Positions 51,186 to 62,122 of a stretch of 64,000 nt of DNA are shown here, in pieces (positions within the stretch are counted from its first letter, which is position 1; every line of letters starts with the position of its first letter). Made by a program: the position numbers and the translations under genes. The notes below the pieces were generated by a model. It saw only the letters and a list, made by a program, of their open reading frames with translations. It was not told the DNA's origin and ran no database searches. Source of the stretch: an uncultured Candidatus Rokubacteria bacterium (GTDB lineage: Bacteria > Methylomirabilota > Methylomirabilia > Rokubacteriales > CSP1-6); contig CAVWWD010000002.1 of NCBI GenBank assembly GCA_963758635.1, positions 1 through 64,000 of the forward strand, written 5' to 3'.

Positions 51186-53451
51186 GTGATCCTCGAGATC
51201 CGGAACCTGGACGTTCTACTACGGCCGGGCTCACGCGCTCCAGGGCGTGTCGCTCGCGCTGGACCGTGGCGTCCTGGCCGTGGTGGGCCGGAACGGCATG
51301 GGCAAGACCACGCTCTGCAACGCGGTGACGGGGCTGGTCCCCGCCTCGGGGAGCGTGAAGCTCGCCGGCGAGGAGATCCTGGGGCTGGCGCCGAACGCGA
51401 TCACGACCAAGGGCGTCGGGTACGTGCCCCAGGGCCGTCGCGTGTGGCCCTCGCTGTCCGTGGACGAGCACCTCCGGCTGGCCCGGCGGCGGGGGCCGTG
51501 GACGGTGGAGCGCATCTACCAGACCTTCCCGCGCCTGGCCGAGCGCAAGGGAAACGGCGGCGCCGAGCTGTCGGGCGGCGAGCAGCAGATGCTCGCCATC
51601 TCCCGCGCGCTGCTGCTCAACCCCAAGCTGCTGGTCATGGACGAGCCCACCGAGGGGCTGGCCCCGATCATCGTGCAGCAGGTCGAGGCCATGCTGAAGG
51701 CGCTCACCGCCGAGGGCGCGATCTCGGTGCTGCTGATCGAGCAGAACCTGGGCGTGGCCATCGACGTGGCCGACACCGTGGACGTGATGGTGAACGGCCG
51801 CATCGCGCGCTCGATGCCCACCGCCGCGCTGGCCGCCGACCGCGACCTGCAGCAGCGCCTGCTCGGCGTGAAGCTCGACACCGAGCTGACGGCGGAGGTG
51901 GCGGTCGAGCCCGAGGGCGAAGCCCGTCGCCGACCCGAGGGCGAAGCCCGTCGCCGAGAGGACGCGGGCCCGGCGGTGCAGGTGCTGACGGTGCGGCGCG
52001 CCACCGACTCCGTGGTGGTCGAGCCTTCCTCGCCGGCGTCTGCGCCCGCGCCTGCGGAGGAGCGGACCATCCGAGGCTTCACGCGCTGGGGCTCGACCGG
52101 CCGCGACCACGTCGTGGGCGCGCCGGAGCCGGTGGCGGCCGACGCCCACGCGGCGGAGCTCCGTGGGGGAGAGCAACAGCCCCGCGCCGGAGAGTTGCTG
52201 CCGGTGGCCCAGATGGTTGGCCGCGCCGCCTACATCGCCGGCACCTTCGACACCAAGGGCCGCGAGCTGTTCTACCTGCGCACGTGCCTCGAGAGGCTCG
52301 GCGTGCGCACGGTGACCGTGGACCTGGCCACGTCGGGCACGCCGTCGCCCGCCATGGTCCATCCGCGCGAGGTGGCGCGGCACCATCCCGGCGGCGAGCG
52401 CGCGGTGTTCACCGGCGACCGCGGCTCCGCGGTCACCGAGATGGCCGTGGCCTTCGAGGAGTTCGTGACCCGCCGGCGCGACATCGGCGGCCTGATCTCG
52501 GCGGGCGGGTCGGGCGGCACCGCGCTCGCCACCCGCGCCATGCGCCGGCTGCCCATCGGCGTGCCCAAGGTGATGGTGTCCACGGTGGCGTCGGGCGACG
52601 TGAAGCCCTACGTCGGCCCCTCCGACATCTGCATGATGTACTCCGTCACCGACGTGGCCGGCATCAACCGCATCTCGGAGAAGGTGCTCGCCAACGCGGC
52701 GCACGCGCTGGCCGGCATGCTGGCCTTCGCCCGCTCGCCCGCCTCGCCCGAGGCGCAGAGCAAGCCCGCCCTCGGTCTGACGATGTTCGGCCTCACCACC
52801 CCGTGCGTGCAGGCAGTGTGCAAGCAACTCGAGGACGAGTACGACTGCCTGATCTTCCACGCCACCGGCACCGGCGGGCAGAGCCTGGAGAAGCTCGCCG
52901 ACTCCGGCCTGCTCGCCGCGGTGCTCGACCTCACCACCACCGAGGTCGCCGACGAGGTCGTGGGCGGCGTGCTCTCCGCGGGTCCCACGCGGATGGACGT
53001 GTTCGCGCGAACCACCATCCCCTACGTCGGCTCCTGCGGCGCGCTCGACATGGTCAACTTCTGGGCCCGGCCCACCGTGCCCGAGCGCTTCAAGGAGCGG
53101 ACCCTCCACGTCCACAACCCGAACGTCACCCTGATGCGCACCACGTCCGACGAGGCGCGACGCATCGGCCGGTTCATCGCCGACAAGCTCAATCGCATGG
53201 AGGGGCCGGTGCGGTTCCTGATCCCCGAGGGCGGCCTCTCCGGCCTCGACCGGCCCGGCGGCTCCTTCTGGGACCCGGCCGCGAACACGGCGCTCTTCGA
53301 CGCGCTCGCCGCCGAGTTCCGCGCCGGCACGAACCGCAAGCTCACCAGAGTGCCGCACCACATCAACGACCCCGCGTTCGCCGACACGGTGGTCGCCACC
53401 TTCCGCGAGGTCAGGACCGCATGGCCCGAATCGATCGCCAGGACATCCTGA
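51186..53451 (+). CDS. ABC ATPase (LivF-like) fused to a Tm-1-like/UPF0261 ATP-binding domain; frameshift near 51215
   Basis: [27 protein letters not shown], then in frame [57 protein letters not shown]. Confidence 0.88.
51910..51957 (+). repeat. 2 x 24-bp tandem repeat CCCGAGGGCGAAGCCCGTCGCCGA (PEGEARRR x2) in the fusion linker
   Basis: Exact duplication; each unit contains a GGGC-GAA-GCCC hairpin. Confidence 0.85.
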
Positions 53452-54272
53452 GTCGGCTCTCCGGCATGGCCCGTCGCGGCGAGCCGATCATCGGCGGCGG
53501 CGCCGGCACCGGGCTGTCCGCCAAGTGCGAGGAGGCCGGCGGCATCGACCTCATCGTGATCTACAACTCGGGGCGGTATCGCATGGCCGGGCGCGGCTCG
53601 CTCGCCGGCCTGCTCGCCTACGGCAACGCCAACGAGATCGTGCTGGACATGGCGCGCGAGGTGCTGCCCGTGGTCACGCGCACGCCGGTGCTGGCCGGGG
53701 TCAACGGCACCGACCCCTTCCTGCTGCTCGACCCATTTTTGAAGACGCTGGGCGAGCTGGGGTTCTCGGGCGTGCAGAACTTCCCGACGGTCGGCCTCTT
53801 CGACGGGGTCATCCGGGCCCAGCTCGAGGAGACGGGCATGGGCTACGCGCTCGAGGTGCAGATGATCGAGCGCGCCCGAGCGCACGACCTCCTCACCACG
53901 CCCTACGTCTTCTCGGAGGACAACGCCCGCGACATGGCCCGGGCCGGCGCCGACATCGTGGTGTGCCACCTGGGGCTCACCACGGGCGGCGCCGTCGGCG
54001 CGCGCACCGCGGTCACCCTCGAGGCCTGCGTGCCCCTCATCGACGCGTGGGCGGCGGCGGCCCGCGCGGTGAACCCGGACGTCCTCGTCCTGTGCCACGG
54101 CGGGCCGATCGCCACCCCGGACGATGCCGCGTACGTCCTGGCCAAGACCCGGAGCTGTCACGGCTTCTACGGCGCCTCCAGCATGGAGCGCCTGCCGACC
54201 GAAATCGCGCTGACGGAGACCACGCGGTCGTTCAAACGCATCGGCCTCCGTCCGAAGGAGAAGGCGTCATGA
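53421..54272 (+). CDS. TIM-barrel 'signal transduction'/PEP-hydrolase-like protein (TIM-br_sig_trns)
   Basis: [60 protein letters not shown]. Confidence 0.92.
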   Translation: MARIDRQDILSRLSGMARRGEPIIGGGAGTGLSAKCEEAGGIDLIVIYNSGRYRMAGRGSLAGLLAYGNANEIVLDMAREVLPVVTRTPVLAGVNGTDPFLLLDPFLKTLGELGFSGVQNFPTVGLFDGVIRAQLEETGMGYALEVQMIERARAHDLLTTPYVFSEDNARDMARAGADIVVCHLGLTTGGAVGARTAVTLEACVPLIDAWAAAARAVNPDVLVLCHGGPIATPDDAAYVLAKTRSCHGFYGASSMERLPTEIALTETTRSFKRIGLRPKEKAS

Positions 54273-55843
54273 CAGGGGCCCAGCTCGGCCAGCTCGTCCT
54301 GGCCATCATCGTCCTCGCCGCGGTCGTGGCGATCGTCGCCTGGCTGCTCAACTGGCTCTACCTGCGCTCCTCCAAGGAGCGCGCCTTCGTCCGCACCGGC
54401 TTCGGCGGACAGAAGGTCGTGGTGAACGGCGGCGCCCTCGTGCTGCCGATCGTCCACGAGGTGATCCCGGTGAACATGAACACGCTTCGCCTGGCGGTGA
54501 CGCGCGGCCGCGACCGGGCCCTCATCACCAAGGACCGCATGCGCGTGGACGTGATCGCCGAGTTCTACGTGCGCGTGCAGGCCGCGCCCGAGGCCATCGC
54601 CGCCGCCGCCCAGACGCTGGGCCAGCGCACCATGCAGCCGGAGATGCTCGGCGAGCTGGTGGAAGGCAAATTTGTCGACGCGCTCCGAACAGTAGCCGCC
54701 GAGATGACCATGGAGGAGATGCACGAGAAGCGCGGCGACTACGTCAAGCGCGTGCGCGCCGTGGTGGCGGCCGACCTGCTGCAGAACGGCCTGGAGCTGG
54801 AGACGGTGTCGCTCACCCAGCTCGACCAGACCGCCATGGAGTTCTTCAACCCCTCGAACGCCTTCGACGCCGAGGGCCTGACGCGGCTCACCGAGACCAT
54901 CGAGACGCGCAAGAAGAAGCGGAACGACATCGAGCAGGACACCATGATCCAGATCCGCAACAAGAACCTGGACACCGAGCGCCAGGCCCTGGACATCGAC
55001 CGCGAGCTCGAGTACGCGCGCCTGGAGCAGACCCGGGAGCTGGAGGTGAAGCGCGCGGGCCAGCGCGCCGACGTGGCGCGGGAGCAGGCGGTCAAGGCCC
55101 AGGAGGCCGAGCGCGCCCAGATCCAGGCCCGCGAGCAGGTGGAGCGCGCGCGGATCACCTCCGAGCGCGCGGTGGAGGAGGAGCGCATCGCCCGCGAGCG
55201 GCAGATCGAGTCGCTGGAGGTGGAGCGCCGCACGGCGATCGAGCTGGCCGAGCAGCAGCGGGCCATCGCCGTCGCCGAGCAGTCCCGGATCCAGTCCGAG
55301 GCTCAGGCCGCCGCCGACCAGGCCCGCGCCAAGGCCGTGACCGAGGAGGAGCGCGTGTTCACCGCCCGCGACACCGAGACGGCCGAGCGGCGCAAGCGGG
55401 TGGAGATCGTCCAGGCCGAGGCCGACGCCGAGGCCAGCCGCATCCGTGCCATGGCCGCGAAGATCCACCACGAGGTGGAAGCCGCGGGCCTCACGCTCAT
55501 GAACACGGCGGCCAACCTGCTCACCCCGGAGGCGCGCCAGTCCGCGCTGCGCCGCCAGCTCATCGACAGGCTGGAGGGCATCATCCGCGAGTCGGTGAAG
55601 CCCATGGAGCGCATCGAGGGCATCCGCATCCTGCACGTCGAGGGGCTGGGCGGCAGCCGCGGCGGCGGGCCGGGCAACGGGGGCGGCGGCGGGATCGCCG
55701 ACAGCGTCGTGGACTCGGCCCTGCGCTTCCGGGCCCAGGCGCCGCTCATCGACCAGCTGCTGCGCGAGATCGGCGTGCAGGGCGGCGATGTCGGCCAGGC
55801 GGCCAAGGCGCTGCTCGAGCGCAGCGAGCAGCCCGCGGAATGA
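54269..55843 (+). CDS. Flotillin/SPFH (band 7) family protein
   Basis: N-terminal [42 protein letters not shown], long EA-rich coiled coil. Confidence 0.9.
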   Translation: MTGAQLGQLVLAIIVLAAVVAIVAWLLNWLYLRSSKERAFVRTGFGGQKVVVNGGALVLPIVHEVIPVNMNTLRLAVTRGRDRALITKDRMRVDVIAEFYVRVQAAPEAIAAAAQTLGQRTMQPEMLGELVEGKFVDALRTVAAEMTMEEMHEKRGDYVKRVRAVVAADLLQNGLELETVSLTQLDQTAMEFFNPSNAFDAEGLTRLTETIETRKKKRNDIEQDTMIQIRNKNLDTERQALDIDRELEYARLEQTRELEVKRAGQRADVAREQAVKAQEAERAQIQAREQVERARITSERAVEEERIARERQIESLEVERRTAIELAEQQRAIAVAEQSRIQSEAQAAADQARAKAVTEEERVFTARDTETAERRKRVEIVQAEADAEASRIRAMAAKIHHEVEAAGLTLMNTAANLLTPEARQSALRRQLIDRLEGIIRESVKPMERIEGIRILHVEGLGGSRGGGPGNGGGGGIADSVVDSALRFRAQAPLIDQLLREIGVQGGDVGQAAKALLERSEQPAE

Positions 55844-55912
55844 GCGGCGGGCGGCAGTGAACGGCGAGCGGCCGGCGGCGAGCAGCGGCCACCCGGCGGC
55901 GCGGGCGGCGGC

Positions 55913-56350
55913 ATGATCAAGGTCTACACGTCGAGCGTCATCGACGCGCCCGCCGACGCCGTCTGGGCGCAGGTGCGCGACTTCAACGGCCTGCCGCGCT
56001 GGACGCCGTTCGTGGCCGAGTCCCGCATCGAGGAGGGCCAGCCCGCGGACCGCATCGGCTGCGTGCGGAACTTCCGGCTGCGGGACGGCGGCGTGATCCG
56101 CGAGCGCCTGCTGACGCTCTCGGACTACGACTACCAGTGCACCTACTCCATCCTGGAGTCCCCGATGGGGGTCGAGAACTACGTCGCCACCCTCAAGCTG
56201 ACGCCGGTGACGGACGGCGGCCGCACCTTCGCGGAGTGGTGGGCCGAGTTCGACTGCGCCCCCGAGCGCGAGGCGGCGCTGGCGGAGCAGATCGGCCAGG
56301 GCGTCTTCCAGGCGGCGTTCGACTCGCTGAAGAAGGTCTTCGCCCGGTAG
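55913..56350 (+). CDS. SRPBCC/START (polyketide_cyc2, MxaD-like) protein
   Basis: VIDAPADAVW..VRDFNGL..W.P, IRERLL, NYVATL. Confidence 0.88.
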   Translation: MIKVYTSSVIDAPADAVWAQVRDFNGLPRWTPFVAESRIEEGQPADRIGCVRNFRLRDGGVIRERLLTLSDYDYQCTYSILESPMGVENYVATLKLTPVTDGGRTFAEWWAEFDCAPEREAALAEQIGQGVFQAAFDSLKKVFAR

Positions 56351-56364
56351 GCGAGGTCGGCGTC

Positions 56365-57810
56365 GTGTCGAGGATCCGGGTTCGCCGGTCCGCCGTGATC
56401 GACGCGCCGATCGAGCGCGTGTGGGCGGTGCTGCGCGATTTCAACAGCCACTCGGCCTGGCACCCCGCGGTCGGCCCCTCCGAGATCGAGCGTGGCGAGG
56501 CGGCCGACCAGGTCGGCTGCGTGCGCGACTTCACGCTCAAGGACGGCAACCACATCCGCGAGCAGCTCCTGGCCCTGTCCGACCGCGACCACGTCTCGAC
56601 CTACTGCATCCTCGACGCGACGCTGCCGATGCGGAACTACGTCGCCACGGTGGAGCTCAAGCGGGTGACGGACGGCGATCGCACGTTCTGGCACTGGGAG
56701 TCCACGTTCGACGTTCCGCGCGGCCGGGAGCGCGAGTTCGAAGAGCTGGTCGGCGGCCAGGTGTACGAGGCGGGCTTCACCGGCCTCGCGGCGTACCTGC
56801 GGCGGGACGGGCGCGTGGGCTCGCATCCCCGCGTGGTGGATGCCTGGGCCCCGGTGGATGCCCGGGCCGTCGTGGCGACGGCGTTCGGCGGTCCGGAGGT
56901 GCTGCAGCTTCGGCGCGTCGACGCGCCCCCGCCGCGCTCTGGCGAGGTCAAGCTGCGCCAGACGGCGATCGGCGTGAACTACATCAACGTCTACGTGCGC
57001 GCCGGCGTCTACCGCATGATCGAGCCCCCGGCGGCCATCGGCATGGAGGCGGCCGGCGTCGTCCTGGAGAGCGGCGCCCCGGGCTTCCGCCCCGGCGACC
57101 GCGTCGCGTATGCGTGCACTCCGCCGGGCGCGTACGCCACCGTGCGCACGCTGCCCGCATCCGCGCTCGTGCTCCTCCCCGACGACGTGAGCGAGGAGAC
57201 GGCGGCTGCGCTCATGCTGAAGGGCATGACCGCCGAGTACCTCCTGCACCGCACGTACCGCGTCCGGCCCGGCGACGCCGTGCTGGTGCACGCCGCGGCC
57301 GGCGGCGTCGGGCTCCTGCTCTGCCAGTGGGCCCGGGCGCTGGGCGCGCGCGTCATCGGCACGGTGTCGAGCGAGGCCAAGGCGGAGCTGGCCCGGGTCC
57401 ACGGCTGCGAGCACCCGATCGTGACCAGGACCTATTCCTTCGCGGAGCAGGTGAAGCGGATCACCGGCGGCCGCGGCGCCGACGTGATCTACGACGGCCT
57501 CGGCCGCGACGCGGCATCCGAGAACCTGACGGCGCTCGCCGTGCGCGGCCACTGGGTGAGCTACGGACACGCCACCGGCCCCCTCGATCCCGTGAACCTG
57601 GCCGAGAAGTCCGGCACCCTGTCCCAGCCGGTGCTCTTCCACTACACCGAGGATCTCCTGCAGCAGATGGCCGGCCGGGTGTTCGCCGCGTTGCGCGACG
57701 GCATCATCCGGCCCGACGTGCGCCACCGCTATCCCCTCGCCGCCGCGGCCGACGCCCACCGCGACCTGGAAGCGCGGCGGACCACCGGGCAGATCGTCCT
57801 GCTGCCCTGA
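56365..57810 (+). CDS. SRPBCC domain fused to NADPH:quinone oxidoreductase (MDR family)
   Basis: SRPBCC paralogous to the upstream gene, then FGGPEVL, GVNY, LKGMTA.YL, HAAAGGVG, TTGQIVL. Confidence 0.88.
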   Translation: MSRIRVRRSAVIDAPIERVWAVLRDFNSHSAWHPAVGPSEIERGEAADQVGCVRDFTLKDGNHIREQLLALSDRDHVSTYCILDATLPMRNYVATVELKRVTDGDRTFWHWESTFDVPRGREREFEELVGGQVYEAGFTGLAAYLRRDGRVGSHPRVVDAWAPVDARAVVATAFGGPEVLQLRRVDAPPPRSGEVKLRQTAIGVNYINVYVRAGVYRMIEPPAAIGMEAAGVVLESGAPGFRPGDRVAYACTPPGAYATVRTLPASALVLLPDDVSEETAAALMLKGMTAEYLLHRTYRVRPGDAVLVHAAAGGVGLLLCQWARALGARVIGTVSSEAKAELARVHGCEHPIVTRTYSFAEQVKRITGGRGADVIYDGLGRDAASENLTALAVRGHWVSYGHATGPLDPVNLAEKSGTLSQPVLFHYTEDLLQQMAGRVFAALRDGIIRPDVRHRYPLAAAADAHRDLEARRTTGQIVLLP

Positions 57811-57844
57811 GCCTCCCGCCGCGGGCACCCTGCCTGCGCTGCGC

Positions 57845-58853
57845 TCAGGGCGCTCGCGTCGCCGAGACCAGCCGGGTGATCGTGGGAATGACCTCGCGAT
57901 CCCGGATGTCCGTGAAGCCCCGCGCGACGAGCTGGGCCGAGAGCGCGCCCGGCGTGAGCAGGCCGGCGTCGGGATCGTTCAACAGGCCGGACAGGAGCCA
58001 GAGGGCGGCGGACGTGGGCCCGCTGCCGTCGTCGTCCACCATGAAGTCGTGCACGAGCAGGGTGCCCCCCGGCGCCAGCGCTCCGAACGAGCGCGAGAGC
58101 AGCTCCGTCTTCGCTGCCGCGCTCACCGCGCTCATCAGGTAGGAGATCAGCACAACGTCCTGGGCGCCGGGCCACGGCGTCTCGAGCGCGTTGCCGGCCA
58201 GGAACGTGATGCGGCCGTCGAGCCCGGCCTCCCGCGCGAAGCGTTCCGCGACGGTCTGCACCTGGGGGAAGTCGAGGATCGTGCAGCGCAGGCCGGGGTG
58301 GCGCCGGCAGAGCGTGATGCTGAAGGCGCCGCTGCCACCGGCCACGTCGAGGAGCGTGCGCGCGCCCGACAGGTCCACGAGCTTGCTCGTCACCACCGCG
58401 GGGCCGAGGGAGCCCGCGTGCTGCGCGCGGCTGAAGTACTCGGCCTCCTCGTCGTTCTGGGTCAGCCCGTAGAACTGCATGCGCTTGCCCCGGAGCGCTT
58501 CGGAAAGCCCCGCGAAGGCCGGGTACACCTGCCGGTCGATCTGGAAGCGATAGTAGTCGCCGAAGTAGCGGGGCGCCGTCCGCACCAGGTACTCCTGGGC
58601 CGCCGGCGCGTTGGCGAAGGCGTCGCCCGACTTCCCGAGCAGGCCCATGCTCACGCAGGCCGTGAGCAGCACGGCGAGCCGCGGAGCCGGGACGCCGGTG
58701 CCGCCCGCCAGCTCCTCGAGCGTCCTGGGCCCGTCCGCGAGCCGGCCGAACACGTCGAGCTCGAGCGCCGTGAAGAACGCTTTCGACGCCATGAAGCCGT
58801 AGGCGAGCCGGGAGATGTCCCGGAACGTCGGTCAGCGGGGCAACACCAGCCAT
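57845..58853 (-). CDS. SAM-dependent O-methyltransferase (Methyltransf_2 with dimerisation domain); frameshift near 58825
   Basis: YGFMASKAF..ALELDVF, LLDVAGGSG, LDFP, L.PGG.LLVHDF. Confidence 0.85.
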
Positions 58854-59023
58854 GTGCGCCTCCTTCGAGCGGAGATCACCGTTGCGTCTCGCTGTCCACA
58901 GGGCATGTGTCCCCCGCGCGCAGCGGGCGCCGGCGCGGCGTCGAGGATACCCTGACACACACGCGAGGCAAGGTCGCGCTGGAAGGGCGGCTCGCCTTGT
59001 AGTGAAAAAGGGGTTGCACGACG

Positions 59024-59044
59024 TTATGGTCTGTGTAACCTTAT
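59024..59044 (+). promoter_or_regulatory. NrtR-type operator TTATG-GT-N7-AC-CTTAT overlapping a TTGCAC/TAACCT promoter
   Basis: 21-bp imperfect palindrome with the GT-N7-AC core directly upstream of nrtR. Confidence 0.65.
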
Positions 59045-59057
59045 GTCTCACGTAGCC

Positions 59058-59840
59058 ATGGAGACGCTATCGCGCACGGGCGCCGGCTCGAGAAAGCAGT
59101 CCACTCCGCGATCGCCGGGCGTTCAGGCATCCGTCGTCGTCGCCGTCGTCATCTTCAGCCTCCGGCCCGATGCCGCCGACAAACCGCCTCTTCAAGTCCT
59201 GCTCGTCCGGCGCGCGGTCGAGCCGTTTGCCGGGTACTGGGCGCTGCCGGGCGGCAAGCTCTGGGGCGGCGAGGCGCTCGACGAGGCGGCGTGGCGCCAG
59301 CTGGAGGAGAAGACGTCGCTCCGAGCGTCGTACCTCGAACAGCTCTACACCTTCGAGCTCTGCGACGCGGGACGGCAGCTCGAGGCCGCGGTGACCGCGT
59401 ACTTCGCGCTCGTCCGCACCGACCGCGCCGAGATCGCCCCCGGGCGCAACACCATGGAGGCCGCCTGGTTCCCGGTGGACGGGCTGCCGAAGCAGCTCGC
59501 GTTCGACAACGACGAGATCATCCACTTCGCGCTGCAGCGCCTGCGCAACAAGGTGGAATACGCCCACGTGGCGTTCCAGTTCCTTCCGCCATCGTTCACG
59601 ATGGCGCAACTCCGCGCCGTGTACGAGGTGATCCTCGGCCGCCGTCTCGACCCGACGAACTTCCGCCGGCGCGTCGAGGCCACCGGCACGATCGTGCCCA
59701 CCGGCCACGTGGTCTCGGGCGGCCGACATCGCCCGCCGGCGCTGTACCACTGCGCGGACGACCCGGTCATGCTGGTCAAGACGATGCGCCCTCGGCGGAC
59801 CCTGAGGGCCCGCCTTTCCCTGCACGCCGACAATCCGTGA
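59058..59840 (+). CDS. nrtR: Nudix-related transcriptional regulator NrtR
   Basis: WALPGG degenerate Nudix box, YLEQLYTF, LAFD, FTMAQL..VYE.ILG..LD..NFRR wHTH; upstream of nad genes. Confidence 0.88.
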   Translation: METLSRTGAGSRKQSTPRSPGVQASVVVAVVIFSLRPDAADKPPLQVLLVRRAVEPFAGYWALPGGKLWGGEALDEAAWRQLEEKTSLRASYLEQLYTFELCDAGRQLEAAVTAYFALVRTDRAEIAPGRNTMEAAWFPVDGLPKQLAFDNDEIIHFALQRLRNKVEYAHVAFQFLPPSFTMAQLRAVYEVILGRRLDPTNFRRRVEATGTIVPTGHVVSGGRHRPPALYHCADDPVMLVKTMRPRRTLRARLSLHADNP

Positions 59841-59948
59841 CCCGGTCCAGAGGAGGACAGCCCATCCATGTGCTCAAGTAATGGTGGGAGACACCTTAAC
59901 AAACGCGCAGAAAGCGCTCACCAAGCAGTCGATGAGGGAGGACACGCG

Positions 59949-61268
59949 ATGGCGACGATGACGGCGAAGATCCAGTCGGCGGCCACGGACAGCCTGTGCA
60001 GCGACGAGCTCAAATGGGATCCATGGGCTCACGATTCGACACCCGCGACGCCTCGCCCGCCGGTGTACGGCCCAGGCGCGAGCCAGTGGGATGCGATTCC
60101 GGCCTCGGCTCCCGTGCAGACCGAGATCCCCGAAGCGTATCGGCGCATGGATGCCGACGAGATCGCGGAACGGATCGCGTCGGCGAAGGCGGCGCTGGGC
60201 TCCCGCCTCGTGATCCTCGGCCACCACTACCAGCGTGACGAAGTCGTCCGCTGGGCCGACTTCCGCGGCGACTCGCTCAAGCTCTCCCAGCAGGCCGCGG
60301 GGCAGCGGGACGCCGACTCCATCGTCTTCTGCGGCGTGCACTTCATGGCCGAGAGCGCCGACATCCTCGCCGGCGATCACCAGCGCGTGATCCTGCCCAA
60401 CATGGCCGCGGGCTGCTCGATGGCCGACATGGCCGACGAGCCACAGGTGCTCTCCTGCTGGCAGCAGCTCGCCGAGGCGCTCGGCGTCGACGCCGGGAGC
60501 CCACGTGCCGCGGTCCTACCCGTCACCTACATGAACTCGTCGGCCGCGCTCAAGGCCTTCTGCGGCGACCGCGGTGGGCTGGTCTGCACGTCCTCGAACG
60601 CGACGCGTGTGCTCGAGTGGGCCTTCGAGCGCGGCGAGCGCGTGCTGTTCTTCCCCGACGAGCATCTCGGCCGCAACACCGGAGTGAAGCTCCGGATCGC
60701 CGACGACGCCATGGTGGTGTGGGATCCGCGCCGGCCTCTCGGGGGCGCCTCGCCGGAGCGCCTGCGTCGCGCGCGGCTGATCCTCTGGCGCGGCTGGTGC
60801 TCCGTCCACGCGCGGTTCTCGGTGGCGCAGATCGCGCGCGCCCGCCGCGAGCATCCGGGCGTCACCGTGATCGTGCACCCGGAGTGCCGGCGCGAGGTCG
60901 TGGATGCCGCCGACCTGGACGGCTCGACGGAGGTCATCCTCGACACGATCGCGTCGGCCCCGTCCGGGACCGCGTGGGCCGTCGGCACCGAGATCAACAT
61001 GGTCAACCGTCTGGCCGCCGAGCACCCGGACAAGACGATCTTCTGCCTCGATCCGGTGATCTGCCCCTGCTCGACGATGTATCGGATCCACCCGGCGTAT
61101 CTCGCCTGGGTCCTGGACGCTCTCGTCGACGGCCGCGTGGTCAACGAGATCACCGTCGCCGAGCATGTGAAGGCCTCGGCGCGCGTGGCCCTCGAGCGCA
61201 TGCTCTCCCTTTCCGGCCGGACCGCGCCGCGCGACGCCGTCCGGGCGGGCTTGGAGGTATCGCCGTGA
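59949..61268 (+). CDS. nadA: Quinolinate synthase
   Basis: ILGHHYQ, GDSL.LS, FCGVHFMAE, AGCSMA, YMNS, CSVH, HPEC, CPCSTM. Confidence 0.95.
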   Translation: MATMTAKIQSAATDSLCSDELKWDPWAHDSTPATPRPPVYGPGASQWDAIPASAPVQTEIPEAYRRMDADEIAERIASAKAALGSRLVILGHHYQRDEVVRWADFRGDSLKLSQQAAGQRDADSIVFCGVHFMAESADILAGDHQRVILPNMAAGCSMADMADEPQVLSCWQQLAEALGVDAGSPRAAVLPVTYMNSSAALKAFCGDRGGLVCTSSNATRVLEWAFERGERVLFFPDEHLGRNTGVKLRIADDAMVVWDPRRPLGGASPERLRRARLILWRGWCSVHARFSVAQIARARREHPGVTVIVHPECRREVVDAADLDGSTEVILDTIASAPSGTAWAVGTEINMVNRLAAEHPDKTIFCLDPVICPCSTMYRIHPAYLAWVLDALVDGRVVNEITVAEHVKASARVALERMLSLSGRTAPRDAVRAGLEVSP

Positions 61269-62122
61269 CGCATCCACCGCTCTCCCAGGTCCGCGAGATC
61301 ATCCGGCGCGCGCTCGACGAGGACATCGGCGCGGGCGACGTCACCACCGACAGCTGCATCCCCGCCGAGCAACGGTCGCGCGCCACCCTGCTCGCCAAGC
61401 AGGACGGCGTCCTCTGCGGCGGGCGCGTTTTCGCCGAGACGCTGGCGCTGGTGGATCCGGGCGTCACGGTCGACCTGGTCGTCCGCGACGGGGCGCCGAT
61501 CCGCACGGGCGACGTGGTCGCCCGCATCGAGGGGCCGACGCGCGCGCTGCTGACCGGCGAGCGGACGGCCCTCAACTTCGTCCAGCGGCTGAGCGGGATC
61601 GCGACGGCGACGGCGGCATTCGTCGAGCGGCTGCGCGGGCTTCGCACGCGGCTGGTGGACACCCGCAAGACCACTCCCGGGCTGCGCGTGCTGGAGAAGT
61701 ACGCGGTGCGCGTCGGCGGCGGACACAACCACCGGTTCAACCTGGCCGACGCCGTGCTGATGAAGGACAACCACCTGGCCGCCCTGCGGACCCGGGGCCT
61801 CGAGCTCGCCGCCGCGGTCAAGACGGTGCGGGAGCAGATCCCTCACACGATGCGGATCGAGGTCGAGGTCACGTCCCTCGCCGAGGTCGACGAGGCGCTG
61901 GCCGGCGGCGCCGACATCATCCTGCTCGACAACATGACCACCGAGGCGATGCGCCACGCCGTCCGTCGGATCGGCGGCCGGGCACTGACCGAGTGCTCCG
62001 GCACCGTCACGCTGGAGACCGTCCGAGAGCGGGCCGAGACCGGGGTCGATCTCATCTCGTCCGGCGCCCTCACGCACTCGTCGCGAGCCCTCGACCTCAG
62101 CCTGGAGATCGAGGCCGCATGA
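61265..62122 (+). CDS. nadC: Nicotinate-nucleotide pyrophosphorylase (quinolinate phosphoribosyltransferase)
   Basis: EDIG.GDVTT, ERTALN, DTRKT.PG, NHR, KDNH, EVEV, LLDN, GALTHS. Confidence 0.95.
   Translation: MTHPPLSQVREIIRRALDEDIGAGDVTTDSCIPAEQRSRATLLAKQDGVLCGGRVFAETLALVDPGVTVDLVVRDGAPIRTGDVVARIEGPTRALLTGERTALNFVQRLSGIATATAAFVERLRGLRTRLVDTRKTTPGLRVLEKYAVRVGGGHNHRFNLADAVLMKDNHLAALRTRGLELAAAVKTVREQIPHTMRIEVEVTSLAEVDEALAGGADIILLDNMTTEAMRHAVRRIGGRALTECSGTVTLETVRERAETGVDLISSGALTHSSRALDLSLEIEAA

Noticed and set aside
51186..54272. 1028-aa ORF suggesting a full plant-like Tm-1 fusion with the TIM barrel
   Set aside because: The middle of this ORF is off-frame Arg/Gly-rich text. The Tm-1 domain is in another frame and the TIM-barrel gene has its own ATG at 53421.
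55844..55912. GGCGGC-rich intergenic repeats
   Set aside because: Low-complexity sequence with no fixed period, expected at this GC content.
11023..57828. Many long antisense or alternate-frame ORFs (e.g. 11023-13122, 14014-16779, 17012-19483, 32973-36497, 33596-36934, 51145-53361)
   Set aside because: They are shadows of real genes caused by stop-codon scarcity at high GC and have no recognisable motifs.
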